DNA from: Ignavibacteriales bacterium
GTDB lineage: Bacteria; Bacillota_I; Bacilli_A; RF39; UBA660
Reading direction: 5' to 3'
DNA: 64,000 nt
NCBI GenBank assembly: GCA_050259235.1
Contig: JBLNAG010000002.1
Coordinates: 24,382 to 88,381, forward strand
Shown piece by piece: positions 39,470-48,724 of the stretch. Within the stretch, counting starts at the first letter, position 1; each line of letters opens with the position of its first letter. The position numbers and the translations under genes were made by a program. The notes beneath the pieces are model-generated. The model saw only the letters and a list, made by a program, of their open reading frames with translations, had not been told where the DNA came from and did not search any database.

Positions 39470-40711
39470 CTAATATAATTTACCATATCTCTTTTGCTTA
39501 CATTTTTCATATTTGTTAGTATCATGTTCAATATATCTTTCTACTATAGGAGAACTAGTATCTAGTTCTTTTACAATCCCTTCTTCTCTACTTACAATAA
39601 TTGGGGGGATAACACAAACATCCCAGCCACGTACTATGTATTCATATAGATCTTCAAAGGGTGTTAATGAACTAGTTGTAATAGTCTTCTTAACAACCGA
39701 TTCAATTTTAGAAAAACCAGAACATCTTACTAAGATATCGCTTATTTGATTATTAGTCATAGCTTTCAATTTGTATAATTCTCGTTTTGGATTCAAAGTA
39801 TATTTTTGCATATCCTCAAAAAAATGATAAAAGCCCGCATTAGCACTTACAGCACCCAAAATAGTTTTAACAAGTTTTAGATTATAAGTTCTAGCATCTA
39901 AGAAACTATGGTTATCTGTTGTTTGAATAGAAGAAAAATCATAAATATAATTTAAATAATTCATGAAGTCACCTTTACTAATATAGCCATTATTAATAAT
40001 TTCCAATCGTTTTTTTAATAATGCATCTTTATTTCCTTCTATTGATTTACCCTCTAAAAATAATCTTTTTACTCTTTCATAAGGATAAATTAAATTAGTT
40101 TCTTTATGCCCATTTCTACCTCCCGTATTATATAAATCTCCATATGAAGTTATATACCATGCATTAGGAAGATTAATGTTTCTCGCAACTATAGTTGGTT
40201 CTTCATATTCAATGGTAGAATGGATTTTTATATCCTTTAAAGCACTATCAAAAAGAAGAGATATTTTTAGCCACTTATCTTCTATTTCAGGACATAAATA
40301 CATCACTAAAGACAAAGCCCTACTATAGAATAATAATTGAGGAATAATGTCAGTTGGAACTTCTAGTATTGCTTTTAATCTTGGAATATCCTCTTTCATT
40401 TCTTCTAACTCATTCAAAGTCATATAATCAGCTTGATACAAATTATAGTCTATTTCAGACGATTCGTTAGAATTCCATTTTATTCTTAACTTTTCAGATA
40501 TTTTATCAATATTAATACTTCTTATAAGTAAATCAATATCTTGAATAGTTCTTAATAAATGACTATACTTACCAAAAAAATCTGATGGTAAATCATTTTT
40601 CTTCACTTTCTTATATCCAATTGGTCCATCTTTTCTTTCAATAAGAGAAAGACAAAAATTATTTGGATTTTCTAATTCTTTATAATACTTAATCATATTC
40701 TCACCTAACAT
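39470..40711 (-). CDS. hypothetical cytoplasmic protein (413 aa, no recognisable domain)
   Basis: Long ORF with coherent codon usage in a coat/cell-wall neighbourhood. Confidence 0.45.
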   Translation of the reverse strand: MLGENMIKYYKELENPNNFCLSLIERKDGPIGYKKVKKNDLPSDFFGKYSHLLRTIQDIDLLIRSINIDKISEKLRIKWNSNESSEIDYNLYQADYMTLNELEEMKEDIPRLKAILEVPTDIIPQLLFYSRALSLVMYLCPEIEDKWLKISLLFDSALKDIKIHSTIEYEEPTIVARNINLPNAWYITSYGDLYNTGGRNGHKETNLIYPYERVKRLFLEGKSIEGNKDALLKKRLEIINNGYISKGDFMNYLNYIYDFSSIQTTDNHSFLDARTYNLKLVKTILGAVSANAGFYHFFEDMQKYTLNPKRELYKLKAMTNNQISDILVRCSGFSKIESVVKKTITTSSLTPFEDLYEYIVRGWDVCVIPPIIVSREEGIVKELDTSSPIVERYIEHDTNKYEKCKQKRYGKLY

Positions 40712-40856
40712 TTGTATATGTTATCACATTATAATTATCCAAGTCAATTTTTTATAATAGTTAAGTCATTATTCCAAATCCATATGGTTCAAAAACCATA
40801 CTAATTCATATACTATAATGTAAATTTAGGTAAACTAATAGAAAGGTGGTATTACT

Positions 40857-41645
40857 ATGACAACTTATACAGTTGTATCAGGTGACACAATGTGGAGAAT
40901 TGCCGTAAAGTATGGAATTGAATTAAGTGATCTAATAGCAGCAAATCCACAAATTTTAAATTCAGCTCTTATTTTACCAGGTCAAACAATTAATATTCCA
41001 AGTGCTACTAGTGTTCCAAATATTCCTAATACTAACATCTCAACTTATAAAGTTATGCCTGGAGACACCATGTGGAAAATAGCTAGAAATAATGGAATTG
41101 GTTTGAGTGATTTAATAGCAGCTAATCCACAAATTATAAATCCAACACTTATTTTACCAGGTCAAACAATTAATATTCCAAGCATTCCTAGTATTCCTGG
41201 CATGCCTAGTATTCCAAGTACTCCAACTACTCCAACTACGACAACTGCCCCTAGTGACATCAGGGCATTGGAAACTGAAGTTATTCGTCTAGTTAATGCT
41301 GAAAGAGCAAAAGCAGGTCTATCAGCACTTACTGAAAACAGCGAATTAACCCGTATTGCTAGAATTAAATCAGAAGATTTTGTAAAAAATAATTATTTTT
41401 CACATAATTCGCCTACTTATGGAACTCCATTTGAAATGCTTAGATCATTTGGTGTTAACTTTACTGCAGCTGCTGAAAATATTGCAAGTGGACAAAGGAC
41501 TGCCTCAGAAGTTATGAACAGTTGGATGAATTCCTCAGGTCATAGAGCAAACATCTTAAACTCTACATATAATCAAATTGGTGTAGGTGTTGCAAGAGAT
41601 AATGATGGTAGTTTATTTTGGACTCAATTATTCATAAGGAGTTAA
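40857..41645 (+). CDS. secreted LysM-LysM-CAP (SCP/YkwD-like) domain protein
   Basis: Two LysM repeats (YTVVSGDTMWRIAVKYG..., YKVMPGDTMWKIARNNG...), a Pro/Thr linker, then a CAP domain (FSHNSPTYGTPFEM...GHRANILNSTYNQIGVGVA). Confidence 0.8.
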   Translation: MTTYTVVSGDTMWRIAVKYGIELSDLIAANPQILNSALILPGQTINIPSATSVPNIPNTNISTYKVMPGDTMWKIARNNGIGLSDLIAANPQIINPTLILPGQTINIPSIPSIPGMPSIPSTPTTPTTTTAPSDIRALETEVIRLVNAERAKAGLSALTENSELTRIARIKSEDFVKNNYFSHNSPTYGTPFEMLRSFGVNFTAAAENIASGQRTASEVMNSWMNSSGHRANILNSTYNQIGVGVARDNDGSLFWTQLFIRS

Positions 41646-41773
41646 TACTCCTTTTTGTTTTAAATGTTTTCAAAAATTTAATTAATAAACATTTATATTA
41701 ATGTACTTTAAATATATCATTATCATATTGTTTATGATATAAAAATATATGTTATAATGTATCCATAAGGAGT

Positions 41774-42550
41774 GTGCTTATGAAAAAAGAAAGTGAAACA
41801 AAAAATAGGATATGGATTGGTATTGTTGGAGCCTTTATTGGGGCTTCTATCGCAGCAATACCGTGGATAGTAGCATATGTTTATGCTGAAATGATATTAT
41901 CTTTACTTGCAATACTAATTGCAGCTGGAGCTTTAACGGGATACAAAAAATTCAAAGGTGAAATTAACGAAAACTTGCCTATCATTATAGTTGTTATTTC
42001 TATACTGGTTGTTACAATTACTACTTTGATTGTAATACCACTTTTAATACTTGCTAAAGAAGGATATGCTATTACATTAGGTAACCTAAAAATTTTGTAT
42101 CAGTACAACGATTTTACACAAGCTATCATTAAAGATTATGTTATCTCTATTATTTTTACCTTCTTGGGGATTAGTGGTGTTGTTACTAATGTTAAAAATC
42201 AATTGAGAAATGATCCTAACGACAAGGACATAAAAGCATATGTTCCAAACCAATCAAGTTTTATAAATTATAAAATGGTAAATGAAATAAAGGAATCGTT
42301 CCTATCATTAGGAGCAATGAGTAAGGAAACTGCCTTACCTAAAAATATAATTATAGATGAACTGAAAGTTACAAATCCCAAACTAGAGTTTAATAATCTT
42401 AGAATGCAACAAATCATAAGAAGGTACAAAGGCAAATATTACTTTAGTGAACGAGCTGTTTTAAGTTTTTGGTATCGCTATTTACCACTATATCTAAAAA
42501 TCTTTTTTATAATGCTAGTACTATTTTTAATTGCTATGCTATTTTCATAA
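41774..42550 (+). CDS. hypothetical polytopic membrane protein
   Basis: 258 aa with about 5 TM helices; a terminator follows. Confidence 0.45.
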   Translation: MLMKKESETKNRIWIGIVGAFIGASIAAIPWIVAYVYAEMILSLLAILIAAGALTGYKKFKGEINENLPIIIVVISILVVTITTLIVIPLLILAKEGYAITLGNLKILYQYNDFTQAIIKDYVISIIFTFLGISGVVTNVKNQLRNDPNDKDIKAYVPNQSSFINYKMVNEIKESFLSLGAMSKETALPKNIIIDELKVTNPKLEFNNLRMQQIIRRYKGKYYFSERAVLSFWYRYLPLYLKIFFIMLVLFLIAMLFS

Positions 42551-42566
42551 AAATAACCCAAAAACA

Positions 42567-42593
42567 AAACCAACATTATTGTTGGTTTTTATT
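42567..42593. terminator. bidirectional rho-independent terminator between convergent genes
   Basis: aaaccaaca ttatt gttggtttt followed by tatttt. Confidence 0.55.
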
Positions 42594-42614
42594 TTAGTTA
42601 TTAATTACCTCTAT

Positions 42615-43907
42615 TTACTCTGTAACTTTTATACTAACAGAATCTGCTAAATAATATCTACCATCTGATTCATGACCTATTATTGATTCTTTAGCATCTA
42701 AATCATTAAAATGCCACCACTCTGATGCTAATGGTGTTAAACCAGCATTAGTACAGTAATTTTGTAATTTTATAGCATCCACAGTAATCGTAGGTGATAG
42801 TGGAGCTCCCTTCCAAGCTGTCTTTGAATCTGACATAACACCATACTTAAACACAGCTGATTTAGAAGTTAGGTCATGTATTCTAGTTGGCATAGTATAT
42901 TCTGTATAATCAACCATTTCAATATATTTATATTTTCCCATTTCCTTAATGGTATAACGATCAACCTTAACTAAACTAGTGTCCATCGCTACTCCGATTT
43001 GATGAGTTGATAATCCTCCAACAATAAACCATACTGCACCCCAACCATTTGAATTAATATCATTATAAATGTCACTATTGTTAGCTGTTAAAATACTGAA
43101 ACTATTAGCCACTTTCATTTGTACTTCATAAGGTCTAAATGTTTCATATATTTTAAGACTATCACCATTTCTTAATGCCAATTGTTGTGCTTTACTAATC
43201 TTTTTAGCCATTGCATACAATACCGGCATAGCAAATTTTTCTTTATCAAATCTTTCATTATACATTAGGACATCATATAATTTTTCGTTGGTTATACCTG
43301 ATAATTCATGTCCAGAAGATATAAATAGTGATTTATAACTATTGGTATCTTCATATACAATAGACGGGATAACATCAGGTAGATTTATCATACAATAAAT
43401 GTTATCTACCCATCCCTTACTCCCATTATAATTTATATACCACCAATTACCATCTTCTAATAATATTCTAAAGGCTTCACCTTTACCTATTATTTCAATT
43501 GTTTCTGAATCTAATGAATTACCTTTTTTCAAACTCATATCAATCGTTGCATATCCAGTAGCACCACTTATGGGTAATTCAAAACCTCTATTATTATTTA
43601 CAGGTTCTATTTGACCATTAACAGGTGTGTAATATTTAGTACCATCTGGATCATCAACTGGGGTTTCTTCATCTGGATCTTCAACTACTGGCTTTTCTGG
43701 TTCATTAGGAGTTTCTTTTTTAAAGTCACCAAATAGAAAAAAAGATGCTATACCAAAGCAAAACAATAATACTATTACTGAAATACCTATTATTAACTTT
43801 TTACGTTTACGTTCACGTTCTTTGTTACGAAAAAGTTTATGCATTATTTCTGAAATATATATTCTTAACTTTTTATGTTCTCTTCTATGAAAAAGTTTAT
43901 GCCACAT
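42615..43907 (-). CDS. membrane-anchored M15-family (VanY-like) D,D-carboxypeptidase with an SH3-like domain
   Basis: N-terminal TM helix, a Pro/Glu-rich linker, SH3-like GEAFRILLEDGNWWYINYNGSKGWV, then M15 motifs STHQIGVAMD (SxHxxGxAxD) and SEWWHF (ExxH). Confidence 0.75.
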   Translation of the reverse strand: MWHKLFHRREHKKLRIYISEIMHKLFRNKERERKRKKLIIGISVIVLLFCFGIASFFLFGDFKKETPNEPEKPVVEDPDEETPVDDPDGTKYYTPVNGQIEPVNNNRGFELPISGATGYATIDMSLKKGNSLDSETIEIIGKGEAFRILLEDGNWWYINYNGSKGWVDNIYCMINLPDVIPSIVYEDTNSYKSLFISSGHELSGITNEKLYDVLMYNERFDKEKFAMPVLYAMAKKISKAQQLALRNGDSLKIYETFRPYEVQMKVANSFSILTANNSDIYNDINSNGWGAVWFIVGGLSTHQIGVAMDTSLVKVDRYTIKEMGKYKYIEMVDYTEYTMPTRIHDLTSKSAVFKYGVMSDSKTAWKGAPLSPTITVDAIKLQNYCTNAGLTPLASEWWHFNDLDAKESIIGHESDGRYYLADSVSIKVTE

Positions 43908-43977
43908 ACTTCACATCTCCTTCTTCTTATCCCTTGATAGAAACCAATTATCCCATAAACTACTTATATTGTCAATT

Positions 43978-44463
43978 TTACTTATTATATTGATACTCAA
44001 TGCTTATAATAACATCATTTTCAACAATAAAAGATAATATAACATTTGATTTAACATATTTATATTGATTACTTATTTGCTCGTAATCTTCACCATATTT
44101 TTCAATCATTACCGATTTATCATCAGCAATCTTAACACCTTCTGGCGTTGCTACTTTATCATTTAGAAAATATACTGAATATACTGTATCTTTGCCATTC
44201 ATTTGAGAAGCAGTAATTTCAATATTTTCATAGGTATAAACTTTATCATTACCTTCAAAAGCACAGCTTGTTAATTCAATATAATTAGCTTCTTCATCAA
44301 TTGATGAACTCTTGAACTCTAAACCAGGTGTTACATCTACTCCTTTATAAGCAAATGTTAAGGTTTCTCCATCATTATTTTCCTTTTTAATATTATTATT
44401 TTTACTATTACATCCAGTAACAACAATAGTAAGTACCAAGAACAGTATAATTATTTTTTTCAT
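43978..44463 (-). CDS. hypothetical lipoprotein
   Basis: Lipobox LTIVVTGC followed by a 140-aa secreted domain. Confidence 0.55.
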   Translation of the reverse strand: MKKIIILFLVLTIVVTGCNSKNNNIKKENNDGETLTFAYKGVDVTPGLEFKSSSIDEEANYIELTSCAFEGNDKVYTYENIEITASQMNGKDTVYSVYFLNDKVATPEGVKIADDKSVMIEKYGEDYEQISNQYKYVKSNVILSFIVENDVIISIEYQYNK

Positions 44464-44483
44464 TTGTACTCTCCTTCAAAACA

Positions 44484-45485
44484 TTATTTTATTTTTTCTT
44501 TATATATTTTTAATTTTGCATTATATAAAGGATCACCTTTATAATTAGTTAAGTCATAACGTGAAGATAACACTCTAGCAAAGAATTCGGATAACTTAGT
44601 TGCTCCTGTTAAATTTAAGTGAAGACCTCCATCGTATGTATCTTTTGAATAATCAATTCCAATAATATTGGCATAATCTTTTAAATTATAATAGTCAATA
44701 TCATTTTCTTTAGCAAAGTCTTTTATTTGTTTATCGTATTCTTCATACCAATATGGATAAAGACTTGGAGCTTTTACTAGTACTAATTCAATATTATTTT
44801 CTTCACATAGTTTTAATATCAATTCTAAATAATGATAAGACTCTTCACTGAAATCATAGCTAGCTAGTTTCTTTTCAGTTGGAAGATTAGTTACACCTTT
44901 TATATTTTTATTCATTAAGAATCCATTATAGGTATTATCTTTTCTCTTAAATAGATATTCAAAGTCTTCATTTGTTAATTGATTATATCGTGAATGATAT
45001 CTCAATATTGGAAAGACATAAGACATAAAACCTTCATCTTCTGTCATTGATTCCTTTATTATTTCAATCTTTTCCTTTGACCATTTCATCTTATCAATAG
45101 TTAAACGATTATAAGCTTCGCTTACTTTTTCGCTTTCTTTATCATATCTAATTGAATTGACATTAAAGACAACTACTTTGGGAATTTCATATTTTAACGT
45201 CTCTTTTAAAATAATGTATGACTGCCAGATCATCTGTTGGGATGAACCCCTTATATATGCCTTTATTCCACTTGTTTCATACATTACCATTGGTGAAAAA
45301 TTGGCATATACTTCACAGTCACCAATGAATATTACTTCATGATCTTTAACTTCATTATAATACTGTGATATCATACTTCCTTCAACTAGATTGGTTGCAT
45401 ACTTAGGTTGAAATAACATATTTAATATCACAAATACTACTATAAAAAATATTAGCATAATTCCAATTCTTATTATTTTCTTCAT
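44484..45485 (-). CDS. DltD/SGNH-like acyl-transfer partner of the adjacent MBOAT gene (extracytoplasmic, N-terminally anchored)
   Basis: N-terminal TM anchor and an IFIGDCEVY block in place of the GDS(L) motif. It sits directly downstream of the MBOAT gene (10-nt gap), as in AlgI/AlgJ, DltB/DltD and PatA/PatB pairs. Confidence 0.5.
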   Translation of the reverse strand: MKKIIRIGIMLIFFIVVFVILNMLFQPKYATNLVEGSMISQYYNEVKDHEVIFIGDCEVYANFSPMVMYETSGIKAYIRGSSQQMIWQSYIILKETLKYEIPKVVVFNVNSIRYDKESEKVSEAYNRLTIDKMKWSKEKIEIIKESMTEDEGFMSYVFPILRYHSRYNQLTNEDFEYLFKRKDNTYNGFLMNKNIKGVTNLPTEKKLASYDFSEESYHYLELILKLCEENNIELVLVKAPSLYPYWYEEYDKQIKDFAKENDIDYYNLKDYANIIGIDYSKDTYDGGLHLNLTGATKLSEFFARVLSSRYDLTNYKGDPLYNAKLKIYKEKIK

Positions 45486-45495
45486 TTGTTACCCC

Positions 45496-46788
45496 TTAAA
45501 ATTTACTATAAATAAATTCATTGACATTAAAACCAATTCCATATATACCAAGCACTAGTATTAGTAATATTGTTATACATAAGAATGCTATTTTTAATTC
45601 AACGGATACATTTTTTAATTTTGATTTAATTTTGGCTTTATTTCCATCATATACAAAGACAATTGTAGTAAATATAAATAATATAATCCAATCATTTAAA
45701 CTTAATCCTAAATTAGGAATATTTGCAATAACATCCATTGGATTAAAAGTGGTGAATATTGATGCAGCCATCTTTAATGCTACAAAACTGTTACCCCAGA
45801 TAAAGAAAACCCATAAGATAGAAACTAATGCAAATGTTCCTAAACGATTAATCCATTTAAATGGAGTTCTACAACTATCACCAAACATAACAAATATACC
45901 ATGAATAATACCCCACAAGACATAATTTATACCGTGCCAGATACCTGAAATAAAGAATGTTATTAAAAGATTAATATTTCTTCTTATTATCCCTTTTCTA
46001 TTACCACCTAATGGTATATAGATATATTCTTTTAACCATGCACCCAATGATATATGCCATCTTTTCCAAAATTCTTTAATACTTTGTGAATAAAAAGGTG
46101 AATCAAAGTTCTCTTGAATCTTTATTCCTAGGATTCTAGATACCCCTATTACAATATCAATTCCCCCACTAAAATCACTATATAGTTGAATTGAATACAT
46201 AAATACAGCTAATAACACATACCATCCTACATATAGGTCTGTATTACTGGCAATAATAGCAATTAATATACCGATTCTTCCAGCAATAATAAGCTTTTTT
46301 AATAATCCCCAAACTATTCTCGCTGAACCATAATATAAGTTATCCCACGTAAACTTTCTTCTAGCAAATAAAGATCTTTTAATCTCATCATATCTTGATA
46401 TTGGTCCTATAAATAAATGAGGTATGTATGTAATATATAATATATATTTAAAGATATTTTTCTCAGCATTATATTTTCCTTTATACACATCAACTAAATA
46501 AGAAATTACTTGTAAAGTATAATAGGAAACTCCAAGTGGTACCATCACATTAAAGTTTAATAGTTGACTAAACATTCCATTTTGAAAGGTAATAAATTTT
46601 ATAACCAATAAAATAGAAGCATTAGCAACAATCGTTAATATTAATATAGTTTTCTTATATTTAGATTTAAAGCATCTTGTTGCTATATAGCTAGTAAAGA
46701 TACTAAACATAATAAAAATAAGATTTGTTATACCGAAACTTGCATAAATTACAATACTTAGTATTAATAGCATCATATTCACTAGCAT
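45496..46788 (-). CDS. MBOAT-family membrane O-acyltransferase (AlgI/DltB/PatA-like)
   Basis: Polytopic, with the MBOAT signature WKRWHISLGAWLKEYIYIPLGG and a conserved His. Confidence 0.85.
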   Translation of the reverse strand: MLVNMMLLILSIVIYASFGITNLIFIMFSIFTSYIATRCFKSKYKKTILILTIVANASILLVIKFITFQNGMFSQLLNFNVMVPLGVSYYTLQVISYLVDVYKGKYNAEKNIFKYILYITYIPHLFIGPISRYDEIKRSLFARRKFTWDNLYYGSARIVWGLLKKLIIAGRIGILIAIIASNTDLYVGWYVLLAVFMYSIQLYSDFSGGIDIVIGVSRILGIKIQENFDSPFYSQSIKEFWKRWHISLGAWLKEYIYIPLGGNRKGIIRRNINLLITFFISGIWHGINYVLWGIIHGIFVMFGDSCRTPFKWINRLGTFALVSILWVFFIWGNSFVALKMAASIFTTFNPMDVIANIPNLGLSLNDWIILFIFTTIVFVYDGNKAKIKSKLKNVSVELKIAFLCITILLILVLGIYGIGFNVNEFIYSKF

Positions 46789-46810
46789 ATTTTACATCTC
46801 CTTATTAAAA

Positions 46811-48391
46811 CTAATTAGCTACTGGATATGCAGCTCTATTCCAATTTCTGCCTGCCATACCAGAACTAGCATATTTTTGATCATCAGTAGCTGGACCTAG
46901 TAATTGTGTCGTTGGAGTTGTATCATAATGCCTCCACACACCACCAATATATACTAAATTCCAATAATGGGTATAATCAGTAACGCTGATTAGACGATTT
47001 GTTATTCCAGCTTTAGTTAAAGCTTTTTGGAATATTAAAGCACGCACATAACAATTACCAGCATTATTTGTTAATCCATACCAAACAGGGTCGTCCCCTC
47101 CCCAACTATAGTTATACTTGATATTATCTCTAATAAAGACAGCCATACCTAAAACATCTTTTCCAGCTAAGTATGTATTATAAAACACATTAAATTTATA
47201 ATCAGTATCAGCTTGATCATGATTAACAACAACTTTTCGTTTAGCTGTACTTATATTTCCTTTGCTATCTTGAGTTGTATAAGTTGCATAATAAGTTCCT
47301 GCAGCTGAAGTATTAACTTTACTAGCATCAACTGCAAAGGTACAACTACCATCATTATCATCAACAGCCGTTACACCATAGTTATAATTGATAGTAGCAT
47401 ATTTAGCTACATATAAGTCACTAAGACCTGATAATATTGGTCCTGTTGTATCACTAATAATAGTTAAAGTTGCTGTTTTTTCTATTTTGTTTCCATTTTT
47501 ATCTACAGCTTCAATCTTAACTTCTTGATCACCAATTTTAGCATAGTCAATGGTTTGTTTCATAGTCGTAATTACCTCTCCTGAGGCATCACCAACATAT
47601 TTTATAAAGTTATCTTTTGTTAATTCATTATCAGGATATGATTTTAGATTTTGAAGTTCAAGTTGTGGAGGTGTCGTATCTTGCACAACCACTTTTGATT
47701 TATATTTCTTATTATCATAGGTTGCATTAATGATATATTCACCCATGATCATCGTATTTACCTTTTCAATTTCAGCTTGTGAAACCTTATCAGCATCTTT
47801 TTCCATATTTTCAATAATCATTTCTTTAGAAAACTTGCTTCCTAGTTCTACATAAACTATTGGTTTTAACCATGTTATAGTTAATGTACATTTTTTAGTT
47901 GTCTTATTTCCATATTTGTCTTTTACTGTTACTTCAACTACATAATCTTTATATTCCGTAGTATCTTTAATTTGGGTAGCAGTTATATTCATTTCTGAAG
48001 AATCTTTTTTATCTACAATAAAATCATCTGCATTAACTTTGTATCCACTATATCTTGATATATTTTGAAATTCTACTACTGGTGCTTTAGTATCTACTAT
48101 TTTTAATTTTACTGTTTCTACTTTTCCTTTATGTGACAACTTAATATTAGTTTCCGAAACCTTAGAAAAATCTACTTTAGTTAAATCTGTTATTACTTTG
48201 GCATGGTCTTTGCAAGCATCACTTGTTAAAAAATTACTTAATGACACTTTATCAGTACCTAATTCAATTGTTAGATCCTTAAATTTAGGTCTCATTGCAA
48301 TATAAAAAAAATATCCAACTACCACTATTGAAGAGATAGTCATAACAATAAGAATATTTCTTGTTAGTTTTTTTATTTTAACATTATCCAT
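46811..48391 (-). CDS. membrane-anchored protein with Ig-like (DUF5011-type) domains and a C-terminal transglutaminase-like Cys-His-Asp domain
   Basis: N-terminal TM segment; GNCYVRALIFQ...HYWNLVYIGGVWRHYDTTP matches the transglutaminase-core C/H/D spacing; the upstream GPILSGLSDLYVA...TYYATYTTQDSKGN segment is DUF5011-like. Confidence 0.65.
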   Translation of the reverse strand: MDNVKIKKLTRNILIVMTISSIVVVGYFFYIAMRPKFKDLTIELGTDKVSLSNFLTSDACKDHAKVITDLTKVDFSKVSETNIKLSHKGKVETVKLKIVDTKAPVVEFQNISRYSGYKVNADDFIVDKKDSSEMNITATQIKDTTEYKDYVVEVTVKDKYGNKTTKKCTLTITWLKPIVYVELGSKFSKEMIIENMEKDADKVSQAEIEKVNTMIMGEYIINATYDNKKYKSKVVVQDTTPPQLELQNLKSYPDNELTKDNFIKYVGDASGEVITTMKQTIDYAKIGDQEVKIEAVDKNGNKIEKTATLTIISDTTGPILSGLSDLYVAKYATINYNYGVTAVDDNDGSCTFAVDASKVNTSAAGTYYATYTTQDSKGNISTAKRKVVVNHDQADTDYKFNVFYNTYLAGKDVLGMAVFIRDNIKYNYSWGGDDPVWYGLTNNAGNCYVRALIFQKALTKAGITNRLISVTDYTHYWNLVYIGGVWRHYDTTPTTQLLGPATDDQKYASSGMAGRNWNRAAYPVAN

Positions 48392-48635
48392 TTTAATACA
48401 CCTACTAATTCTTATATTATTTTTATAAGCCTATATTATAATGTTATATTCTATTTAATTATACAACACGGTATAAATAACAGTCAAATATATCTCCTGT
48501 TGGTATGACAAGAAATGTAAATAAAAAAAGAATGAATAATCATTCTTTAATAATTCATAATTGTTGGAGCAGATTGACCCATAAATGAACTAAAAAGTTC
48601 TTTTGCATTAGATGTATCTTTAGATGATTTAACTC

Positions 48636-48663
48636 AAAAAGAAAGCAATGATTAAATCCATTG
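48636..48663 (-). terminator. terminator downstream of the 946-aa gene
   Basis: gaaagcaatg attaaatc cattgctttt followed by a U-run on the minus strand. Confidence 0.5.
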
Positions 48664-48724
48664 CTTTTTAATTATAAAATATACTGTCGAATTAAATAAA
48701 ATTTCACTCCCCCAACATTAACAA

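Noticed and set aside
40760-40830. sigmaK-like CATAtacTA upstream of the LysM-CAP gene.
   Set aside because: The nearest upstream AC is only about 10 nt away, so spacing does not fit the AC-N16/17 consensus. Left as an unassigned promoter.
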